Assembly (NCBI GenBank): GCA_950097015.1
Contig: CATNEN010000037.1
Span: forward strand, 1 to 64,000
Reading direction: 5' to 3'
Length of the DNA: 64,000 nucleotides
Source: Macrostomum hystrix
Taxonomy: Eukaryota > Animalia > Platyhelminthes
The translations under genes were made by a program, and so were the position numbers. The notes under the pieces are model-generated. The model had not been told where the DNA came from. It worked only from the letters and a program-made list of their open reading frames with translations, and made no database searches. This document shows, in pieces, positions 45,001-57,000 of the stretch (the stretch's first letter is position 1; the number at the start of each line of letters is the position of its first letter).

Positions 45001-48000
45001 CAGCACTGATGCGAGATGATTATTTTAATCAACAAAAACTGTTTTGAAACACGCAACTTTCGCACAAAAGCGCAAGCAAACTCGGTACGTATCGGCATTT
45101 TCGTATGCGAACTGATTATTGTAAGAGAAGCATGCAGATTTGCCTGGTTAGGCTACATAAGTTTCGCGCTTCAGACCGCAATGGGTGCTCTAATGCTTGA
45201 AGTGACAAATGAGACAATGCAATTTGGTGTCGAGCTTACTCTGCCGTTTGCTGCGCGATAGAAGTGGCTCCATGGCATCGCTTGTATCTCTGCGTTTTCT
45301 CCCTGTCACTGAGATAGAATGAGTGACAGAGATTCTCAGGTCGAATCTGCCAATCGCCTCTCTATCCACCACCTTCTTGGTCACCATCTGACAGTCTTTG
45401 TTGCCATTGTAGCCAACTATGTCAAAATAGCCAGCCTCGTTACCGCTGGCGAAGTTGCAGCCGACTGTTTTGTCCGTGTCCTGATAGATGACATCCAGGA
45501 TGAGCACACTGGTACCGATCACGGCATTTTCGGGGAGCTCAACTCTAGAATGAGAGTCGAGAAGTTTTCGTGGAGCATTAATTAAAATTATTATTCTTAG
45601 ACTCATTAAAATGCAACCAATTTGTGAATTTCTTACGTGTACTCCGGCTGCACAAATCCCAACGTTCTTGTGCCGGTGTTGACAGTCTTGTCCACATTGA
45701 CCTGGATGGTGGCAGTATCGTTCAGTGATGGGGCGCCACTGTCGGTGGCATAGACTGTGAAGATGTAGTTGTTCGGGTTTGCCGGGTTGTTAACGAGCAT
45801 CTGGGACAGAGTAACCAAGCCTGTGTTCAGGTTGACGTAGAAATAGGCATTGGCTGCGGCGTTTGTCGGATCGATGAAGTAAGTCACTCGGGAGTTGTTG
45901 GTATTCGGCTGCAGAGCTGCGTCGGCGTCGGTGGCTCTCAGCTGCGCAATCAAGGTGCCCAGTTTGGATAGGTCGCTCACTGTGATGTTCGCGAGCTTGG
46001 TTGACATGACCGGACTAAACTGATTGCGGAGGACGGTGATGTATACTGTTGTGGCACTGGACTTTGGCGAAGAGGAACCGTCGGTGACGTCAATACCTAT
46101 GCTATAGACAGTGGGACTCGGCCTAGATAAAACGCTCCAGAGAGGTGACGCAACGGACAGGGCCGCGCTCCGACTGCTCAGGAGGAATAATGAGGTGACT
46201 CCCGGGCTCGATCGAGCAAGATTGAAGGTGTACGACAGGGTGCCGCTCGGTATCTGTAATGGGAATGATCAGATTGCATTCACAAAGCGAACGCATAAAA
46301 ATTATTAGCAAAAGCAGAAAGTCTAATCCAAAATGACACTTAAAAGCTAGCACAAGAGTGAAAATTAGCAGCATCTCGTTCCTCAATGCTTTTACTGCAT
46401 CTCCTAATTAAAAACTACATTCTGTACTCAATTCAGAAAAAACATGATTTATATGAATCAAGCACGTCAATGACCGCCACTTATCTATTTCGTTTGCTTG
46501 CAAAGCTTTTATCTCAAGCAACTTTATCTGAACACAGCAAGCGCAGACGCATGCTTACGTTAGGTGGGTCGCCGTCGGAGGCAGAGATTGTTCCAATCAC
46601 AGTGCTGAGAGCTGTGTACTCAGAAATTGTGAAGTTGTAAGTCGCTGAGCTAAACACCGGCGCGCTGGGGTTTCGGATCACATTAACAATCACCTCGGTA
46701 CGTGCTGTGCCAGGCGGGTCTCGGTTGTCAGATGCGACAATAGCCAACTGCAGACGAATATTGAAAAACGAATGAATTTTTTTGTTTGAGGTAAGGTCAA
46801 GAGCATTGTCAACATGGCTCCAAGCTCATTGACTAGGAGGAAAAAATAAAAAATGTAAACTATTCGTTGAGATTATTAAGCTAGAACGTGTTCGTAACAC
46901 CTCCTTTCTGATTACTAAAATGAAAAATGTTTCCTTACATTGTACAACACTTCTGTGCCGAAACCAGGGGAGTATTTGACGAATATGTCACCAGTGTTGG
47001 CATTGACATCGAAGTAGTACACCGCTGGCACTCCGACGGCGCTATAAGTCACGTTATCTCCCAGATCTGGATCGACGGCGACAACTCTCGTGAATACCGC
47101 GCCAATGGAGATGCTTTCGTTGATGGTGACAGTGATGGTGCTGTTCAAGAACCGGGGCTTGTTCAAGTTGCGCGCCACGTTCACCACGACGAGACCTGTG
47201 ACACTCCGTGGCAGATTGCCTTGATCAGACACTCGGATCGATATCTAAAATTTAAATCATTAATTAAATTTCCTAGCTAAAAACCACCCTCTCACTGTAC
47301 TCGATGCGGTAGGAAATTTCAGACAGGAAAACAATAAGGGATACAGAAATCCCTTCCCTGTCTCCTTACGTTGTACTGAGTCAGTAATCGGCCGTCAAGT
47401 GACAGGGTCTTGGACACAGATAAAGCGCCAGTCAGCGGATTCACGTAGAACCAGCTGCTAACGTCAGTTGGCAGCGATGCCACGTCAACGATAGTATAGG
47501 TTAGCTGACCACTGGGTCCAGGATCCGGGTCCGAGGCGTTGATCTGCAGAACTGTGACACCTAGCGACTGCGTTTCAGAAATTCTGACAGCGAAAGGTGG
47601 CGAGCCAATGAAGCTGGGGCTGTTGCGGTTGCGCACAACCGTGACGTAAACTAGGGCGGTCGCCTTCTTGATTGGGTCTCCTTCATCGTAGGCCACAACC
47701 CGGATCTAGGCGGTGAGTTCAAGTGTTTGATAGTCTATGGTTTTTAGTTCAGTCGGCAAACAAGCAAATAATGCAGACTTACAGTGTACAATATTCCGCT
47801 GTCAATGGTGAAACTCTGGCTGAGACTGATTCTTCCGGTGTACTCGCCGATGGTGAACAGCGATGTTGACAGACCGTCGCCGACGATAAGGAAGCGAATC
47901 CGACCCTGGGTTCATTTGGGACAGTTCGAAATCTTAGCGTCGATCAATAGAAGATTCTGTGAGAAAAAAATCAAATGGACTACTTACAGTAGCGTCTGGG

Positions 48001-51000
48001 TCTGTAGCGGTCAGATTTGCCACGCTCAAACCCACTGCCAGGTCTTCGTTGTAAGTGACGCGAACCTCGGACTGATTGAATCGTGTCGCATTAATGTCCT
48101 GAGTCACGGAGATGATGACCGTGGCATTGCCCACCCTTGGTGGATCGCCGAGGTCGGACGCAATGGCTGTCAGCTGTGCAGTGAGACGTTTAGTAAATAA
48201 TAAATATTGAATTTTTTCATCGAAGCATTCTTGACGAAAGTAAATATCTAACAATACTCGTACAGGTTGGAGACCTGCCGTATGTAAACTCAAATCTATC
48301 TCTCTGATATCAACAAAGGAAGCAGGTCTGAGCTATTAACAGTAGAACTACCAAGGCGGAATCCCCCCTGACAATTTTTGTGCTGCACCCGAACGGAGCA
48401 ACGCAAGCACACGAAACTCAAGAACATGAGCCAAACCAAAATATTAGGCGCAGATCAACCAAAGGACACCATCGCCTAGTCTGTCAACCAATCAGTCACC
48501 ACGCAACGCTGTCAGCATTCGAGCACAGCCATAGAATTTAGAGGGGGCGGGGAATTCCCTCTTGGTATAAAAACGGGCGGCAAAATGGCTTGGTTGTCCT
48601 ATTGTCAAGGATCCAAGATTTGGAACTATGTGCTCTAGACACATCTGTGTAAACTATAAGGTGCACCTGAATTAAAGATATTTAGCATTTTAATGTGCGT
48701 GTATTTGTGATTCGGGTAAATAGTAAAGAAATGAAAAGTCAGTGCTAGGCCAAATAACTCCCCCATGGTAAAGCACGAATGGCCGGCTAAAGTAAATAGT
48801 GTTAATACTACTGTTAGTATCTCGTATTTGTACGTGTATTGTAAAATTTAAAACTGATGAAAAATTCTAAACTCAAAGTTTACTCAAAGCTAGAGAGATG
48901 GTGGTAGATTGACTATAAGTTTATATATTGATTAGAAATGAATCAATTCGTTTTTTTCATTTGGTGCAGGGGAATTGTGCAGATAAAAATTCTTTATTCG
49001 GCGTGCGATATTTCTTTACAAAAGTTAATGAAATCTAAAAATAAAAGTTTGAAGCCTAATGTACTTGAATTTCGAGTCTCTGAAAATAGTGAGGCGAGGA
49101 TTTGTTTCGTTTCAACTCTCGATTACTCTGAAACAAAAATTATAGTGAAGATTCATTCCATTTTTCAAACCCAACTCACCCGGACTTCAGTCAGGCCAGA
49201 GCTCAGCAGTGTGTCCTTCAGCGACACGACGCCAGTTGAATAGGCCACCTGGAAGTAGCGCAGATCCTTGTCCGCTCCCAGCAGGCCATAGACAATGGTG
49301 CTGAATGGTGTGCCCTGAAATATTGTTTCCGCGCAGTAAGAGTACAGTGACATGAGCAACAGTCTCCGCAAAGCTCACCAAACGGTCATATAAATTTAAA
49401 AGTTAGGATACTAACGGGTGCGTCGTTATCCGTAGCATTGAGATGCAAGATCGACATGCCGATAGGGAATGATTCTGACACGTTGACGCGATAAATTGGT
49501 GACCGAAAGCTGGGCGTGTGTTTGTTCGTGTTGACAGTGATGGCAACGACTATTGAGGTGGACTGACGCCTCGGCAGGTAGCTATCTGAAGCTACGACTT
49601 GAAGCTGAAATTTTTATCACAATAATGCACTCATTTAATAGTTGGAAAGGTCATTCGGAAAATACGCTCGTAGCTACTCGTAGCAATATTTAAAAGAAGC
49701 AAGTCAGCGCTTAGGGCGCACCACATAAGTTTCCTGCGTCAGCTTCGCCGCGGTTGTGATTACTCCGGTGCTGGGGTTGATGTAGAACTCAGTCGAGTTT
49801 CCTATTGAGTAGGTCACAATGCTGCGAGGATTGTTCTGAAATATATTTATCAGTTCGTAATTTTAATATTGTCTTGAAGTAAATAACCTTTTGAATTAAG
49901 CTCGAATGAAGTGCTTACCGGCAGATCGCTGTCATTGGCCATCACGCGCACCAGGAATGTGCCGATGGGATCGTACTGATTAACACTTGCTGAATAAATT
50001 CCACCAACTTTACCATAGAACTCTGGCGCATTAATATTGCGGTTCACATTCACGGTGATTGTCGCCGTAGTTGGCATGTGCGACGCGCCAGCTTCTACTG
50101 CCACGATTTGAAGTTTATAAACGAAGGTGTCGCTGGTGTCTGACGCGAGGCTCTTGGCGATTCTGATCGCACCGATGCCGCCAGAAATTTGTAGAGCAAA
50201 GTACTCTGTTGCAGTCTCAATGCCAGTCAGCTGCAGCGAGATAGCGCCAGCATTGTCCACGTCAGTCACATTTATGTTGTTGTAGATGATGAAGTTAACC
50301 GCCGTGGTCTCATCCACGCTGACATTGACAGGCAAAGTGTGAAACACCGGGTAGTAGAGATTTCTGCTTATGAAGATGCTTACAATGGCTGTGTCTGATT
50401 TGCTTGAGTCTGTCACTTGTACTGCGAACTGTGAACAGAGAGAAATCGATAAGAAGTTTAGTTAAATCATTCAATCTAGCTCGTATGTAAATCTAAATAT
50501 TAATAATAATTTAGCCATTAGATTTCAGTCTCACCGTATAGTTCTGGACCGTGTTGTTCTGTCTCAGTGACGACCGCACAGTGAGGGCGCCAGTTACAGA
50601 GTTGATAAAGAACAAAGCCTGTACTTCGGCGCTTACACTAGACGCGAAGGAATAGGTAAGCACATCGCTAGCAACCCTGTCTGTAGCGTTTAGCTGCACT
50701 ACGAAGGCTCCAGGTGTGGCGAACTCGTTGATCGAGCCGGTGAAAACACGCTGGGAGAACACCGGGGCGTAGGGGTTCAAGTCCACAATGATGCTGATGG
50801 TCAGCCTACCGATTGCCCTTGGCGAGATTGGGTCATAGGCTTCAACTAGCAACTAGAAAATTTTGAATGTGTTGTCGGTTGAATTTAACTTCAGAAAGAC
50901 ACCAGGAAGATTCGGAAAAAAATCCTATCTGATCTGTATTTTACCGTGTATGTTGTGATCTTTAAGTTGTCCACTAGAAGCGACTTGGCCAGGTAGACTT

Positions 51001-54000
51001 CCCCTGTAGAGTTGATTTGGAACAGCATGTTGGCCGGATAGATGCCGGTTGTCGTGTACACCATCGGTTGCTAGGATAAATTTGAAACCACGTTTCAGAT
51101 AAGAAAAGCCGTTGTAAAAATAGCTTATAAAACGGTCTATTTTTTACTTACAGATCGATTCACACGATCGGCTACAACTCTTAGTTAGAGTGACCATTGG
51201 CAGCTGGTCGACTGGGATACGAAGTTCGAACGTTGTTCCATTGGTCGGTTGCAAAAAGAAGGGCAGAGTGGCATCCTTGCTGGCTGTGATTCGCACCAAT
51301 GCCACATCTGTCTTCTCCTGGATACGGTTGTCGCTAACCGTTACATTAAATTCGTATGTCTGATTTTCGAATCTTGGAATAGTATCGGCAACACGTATCT
51401 GCCCTGTGGTTCGAACCACATAAAAGTACTTAAGTGCATCTGCACCGCCATTGCTAATGGAATAAGTAAGTGAGTCGTTGTCCGCGTCAGTAGCCAACAC
51501 AGTGACTACAAGAGCGTTCACTGCGACCCCATCGTACACTGTTGCAGTGTATGTCTTTGGACTGAACACGGGCGCATGTTGGTTTCGCAGGATCGTGATC
51601 CTCAGGAGTGCCAACGAGGATAGCTCAGTGCCGACAGTGACACTAATTCGACTGTACGCCACAACTCTCACGTCGATATCCGAGAAGGTGCTTCCGGAGA
51701 GCGTCTGACGTAGTGTAAGAACACCTGTAACATTGTCTACCTGGAATAATCGAATCACCAGGCTGTCACCTTCCAAACGGTACCTGATCTCCTCTGGAAG
51801 CACTTCTGCTGTGGCATTGAGATCGTGAATCAGGCCTCCAACCAGAAGATTTTCAGATATGGTGACGTTAATAAGGCTGTCGGCAAACAATGGCCTGCTG
51901 AGGTTGCGCGTGACAACAATCGTTAGGTTTGAAAATCCCTGGCCACCACGAGAGTCTGTGCCAATCAATGAGAACTGGAACAAGCTCTTTGTCGTGTCCT
52001 GCAGCCTAGACTTCACTAAGAGCCTAGCGTTCTCCGGTTGGATGTAAAAGTAGTCGAAATCGCTGAGCACAGTGCTGCTGAGTGAGTATGTTATTGTCTG
52101 AGGGGTTGGTAAATGGTTTTAAAAGAACAATGCGATTTATGGCTGTAGGCTCTTAGTACGGATAACAATTGCTTGAGAAAACTAATTTTATTGGCTTTAC
52201 CTCATTGTCAGCGTCGGTCGCTTTGATGATAGCACCAGCTGGAGTGGCAACATTCAGTACTGTACCTAGTGGCACACCTTCGAGAACGTTTACAACATAG
52301 GATGGGTGCTCGAATATTGGTTTGTTGGCATCTCTGGTTACATTAAACACAATTGTGATCTGAGTTGCTGAAGCTCGGTAGAGGCTATCGTAGGCTTCTA
52401 GGATCAACTGTAACATGGTGAAAGACAATTGCAATTACAATTATTTCTCGTTGCGCTTCCGCTATGCAGCTGGAAAAGTTTTTTCGAAATACTAAAGTAG
52501 TTCGGTACTTACGGTGTAGCTTGGCGTGTTTTGGGTGTCAGACAGAAGTGACCTGGTTAGTCTGACAATACTGAGCGTCGGATCGTATGTGAAGAACAAG
52601 GTAACAGGATAGTTGCCGATGATTGAATAACTCATTGATCCCTGAAGGTGCAAAAGTTTTAATGAAACTGATTCGTGCTTAATTATTTACCTTCTGCACA
52701 AACAAGGAATCTTACCAGAATATCCGAATCATTAGCAAATAGAGGATAGATGGCAGGAAAGTTTAGAGTTGAACCAACAGAAATTGTCTCTGAGATCGTG
52801 ATGTAAATTGGGCCGCTGTTCGGCTTGCTCCATGTGGGTTTGGCGTCAACTTGCTGAACAATGAATGCAGATATGGTCGTTGTCTTCGGAGACGGAAGAG
52901 TATTGTCACTAGCAACGATGGTGCACTGAAAGGATCAGAGATGAGGTAACACATTTACGTATATTAAACTTACTTACTTGCTGTCGAATATGTAATCTTG
53001 ATTGGGCTGCTTATGGCTTACATTGAAGTAGTAGTCCACCAGTAAGCTGCCATTAAGAACCTCTTTTAAGATAATGTCGCCATTCTCAGAATTCACATAG
53101 AAGTAGGTCTGGCAGTCGCTAGAACTCGACAGCTGGTAGCTGACGCGGGGCTGAATAGTAGAGAGAAAAAAATAGTTTGAGGGCAAGTAGTTTTATTGCA
53201 TTTGGTCAAATCGATCAAATAAAACATACTGAGTCGGCATCTGTTGCCGAGACATTTCCAACTCGCGAGCCCAGCTGCAGGGACGGTCGCACACGGAACA
53301 GGTAGAAAGTGGACGAGAATACGGGGGCGTTCTCGTTTCGCCGAACGACTATATTAATGACGACCGAAGCTCTTCTTGATGGACTCGTTGCGTAAAATAT
53401 GCTCAGCGTCAACTGCAGTAGAAATTATAAAGATTTATTTTTAATAAATCTTTATTTCGGGATGCAATCGTGTAAAAAAATATTCAGAGAACATGATAAA
53501 AAATTACATTGTAGTTCATTGTCAGTTCCTCTTTTAGATTTCGATTGACAATTATTGCTCCACTGGCGTTGGTGGCAAAAAAGTACGGAGCTGAGCCCAT
53601 TCCAGTAGCTTCATATGTTATACCCGACGGTGTATTGTTAAACCGAATCTGGTAGATGAAGCTGCCGACAGCTTGATTCTCCGAGATGTTCACAAAGAAA
53701 TTTTGGGTCAGGTCCAACACGGGCCTTGGCTGCTTGGTTATGGCAATATAAACAACCGTTGAGGCAGTCTGAGGACTTGGCCCTGAGTCGGTGGCAAGTA
53801 CTGTGAACTGAAAAGTATAAATAATTTGTTAAAATTCTCTGCTAAAAGCTACATTGATATGAAGTGAGGCACACAATGCATACGTTAAAGTAGTCCTGCG
53901 TTATTCCGTCCATGGATCTTTCCAGGTATAACATGCCAGTGACCTCATTTATGTAGAAGTATGACAATGCTGCATTGCCTGAATCATTGCGGATGAAGTG

Positions 54001-57000
54001 TCTGAGTACCTCCAGCTTTCCAAGGCTAACATCTCGATCTATGGCCTGCACGGGGCCAAGTGTTGTTCCAATGCTGGACAACTCTAGTATAGCGAACTGG
54101 TAGAGGCTCTGGTTGAACTGTGGCGCAAACAGATTGCGGTTCACGTTCACAGTCAGAGCCAGTTGGGCCACGTTTTGCGGGTGCAGCACTTCGTAGCAAG
54201 AAATATTGACCTGTCAATTGAAGTAATGCAATTTCCTTAAGCCTTTTACCTTGGCTTAAACAAACAAATACCAAATTCTCACAATATTACCTGATACATG
54301 GTTGAGCTTAGCGTGTCCAGCAGTAGCGAGCTGGCTATTGTTACATCTCCAGTAGAAGAATTGATGCCGAAGAAGTAATTGTTGGCATTCGTTATTTTGA
54401 ATACAAAACTCGACTGAAATTGACAATATACGAGCCGTATAATGGAATAGATAATAATAATGATAATAATTGCAGGAGGGCTGGGGGTAATGGCACATAA
54501 TTTAGTGACACTAGACCCGCAGCCAGCGATGAGGCAATTCTTCTCATTTCGCTGACTCCTGAAAACACTTATGCTCCAATGCTCCAACTGGCAGTGTACA
54601 CTCACTGTGCCTTGGAGGTTGGCCCTCAAGGGCGTAAATTGCATTACAAGCCCCCAAGCCTTCTCTCCACGACTGCGCCCTAAATTAATGTGGCCTCGCC
54701 GTGGAATCGAACTTTGGGACGTTGGTGCGAGAGGCAAACGCCTCTATATTGGTATACATAAATCAGAAGGTAAAAAATGGCATACAGTTTATCTAAAAAT
54801 GAGAAAATTATGCTTACAGTAGAGTTGATATCGAAGGGCACTGCTTTGAAAATAACAGCGCCAACTGCCGCAGTATAGTTGATGCTGACTGAGACTGCAG
54901 TTGTGTTAAACACTACCATAAACGCATCTCTTGGCACCAGCACGTTCAGACGTACTGTCGATGTTTTCGGATTCAGCCCAGAATCAGTGGCAGAAATAAG
55001 CAGCGTGAACAGTGCTTGGGCAGTTTTCATTAGCGAAGTTTTCAAGTAGACGGAACCGGTTTTGGCGTTGATGAAGAAATATTCGTCGTTTGTAGAGTTT
55101 GGCTGCAGGGTATAGGTGATGATGCTACCCGCGTCCCTATCGGCTGCGGTCATGTTGTAAATGTTTGTACCGATTTCAGTTGCCTCTCTCACTGTCACGT
55201 TAAACTCAGAAAACAGGAATGTGGGTGGAAACTCGTTTCTATGCACCGAAATGGTCACTGTTGCCGTGTTGGTCTCAGCCAAGTCAGCGAGGCTGTAAGC
55301 CTGCACTCGGAGCTGTAGAATCAATGAAAATTTATTGCATAAACACGCGATGGCTATTCAACAACAGAAAAGAACTTTAGGACACAAGAAAGTAACTTGA
55401 AATCCTTACAATCATCTTCGTGACTGTTTCGGCTGTCAGAGCTGCCTTCACAGTGATTGAGCCGGTGACATTGTTAACTTGGAAATAGTCTGTAGCTAGA
55501 CCATCACCGAGTGCCACGTAGCGAATTAGTTCCTGTGAGTTGAAATTGGCAGAGTTAATACTGATTTGTTATAATAATACAATTTATTAGGCAAATGATT
55601 AGCCCCAAGTAGGCCAGACGTGGAGGCGATGGAGCACAGCCGCAGCTTATCGGGATTTCTAATCCCCTACCTTCAAGTCATCACTTAATAAATCTGGGAA
55701 AGAAAAATACTAATGGAATTCATTGAGCGCTTGAGTTTTATCAATTACCGGTGATTTTTGGCTCGTCGCATTGACAGTAAGCACGGATGTATTCACAGGC
55801 GCATTTTCGGATACGTTGATGGAGTATTGCGGTGTAACAATACCGAATAGTGGCGTAACAGATTCGTTGCGAAGTACAACAATGGATACAATTGTCGACA
55901 TTTCCCTTCTTGGGACGCCAGAATCCGTAGCCACAATGTTTAGCTGTAAAGCCAATTTTTATTGATATTTAATAAGCTCGATTAGCTTTAATTTTGGATA
56001 AAAGTTAAATTCATTAAGTCAGTTACCGAGAATGATGAAATGGCAGTTAGCTGTAGAGACTCTTTGAGCACAATCTGTCCGGTGTACGGTTGCACAAAGA
56101 AGAACTGGTTATCCGTCACTGATCCATTAAGGCTGTAAGTCACCGTGTCCTGAAAGAATATAGGTTTTGGTTCAGTAAAGCATTGGCTTCTGTAATGCCT
56201 ACCAATTAATACCAAACTTATGATTGCAAACTTACATTGTCTATGGTGTCAACCGCACTGACTGTGAGAACACTGGTTCCAATAATCCACTTGGGCCCGA
56301 TGGTACGGGAGTACGGCGCTGATACGAAATTCGGAGAACCCACATTTCGCCTGACATTGATGGTCACATTAGCCGTAGCCTTGTCTTTTGGATAGGAGCT
56401 GTCATATCCAGTTAGTGAGATCTGAAAATGCGAGACCATTTTACGTTTAACTATGGTGGAGGAGAACACTGTTTGAGAACTTACAAAGCTATTATATAAA
56501 AAAACTACCTGATATTGGTCGAGTACGTCCTTTCGAAGGTAGTTAAGCACGTACACTTCCAGTTCAACTGAGATGCTTGTCGAACTGACGTTGCGCAGGC
56601 CAAAGAAGACACCGGCTCCCGAGCTGACAGCTTGCAGTGAGTATAAAAATTCGCCCTGAAATCACACGTACAAAATATAAGTAATTCTAGAATCCAACTA
56701 TTAATTCTGATGAAATTTTTATACTCTGAAAATACACTCACAATTCTGTCCCGGTCAGTGAGGTTCAGTCTAGCTACTGCCGTACCCACGGGTGTTGTAT
56801 CGGTAATGTTGCTTGTCAGCATTGACGGAGAGAGCTCAGACGGCCAGGCAGATGACGCGAATGTAAGCGTCACATTCAGCGCATAGGGCCTTGAAATGCT
56901 GATTCCAGCAGGCCAGTTCTCATTTAAGGAGACGGAAAAGTTGATAGAATTTCCTCCTGGCCAAGTGTCTAACGGCTTGATCACGTAAAAATCGGTGCAT

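Noticed and set aside
47906-47987. Extra exon inside a cadherin intron (internal acceptor at 47957)
   Set aside because: Using it introduces an in-frame TGA. The single 82-nt intron gives a clean DAT|GRIRF junction.
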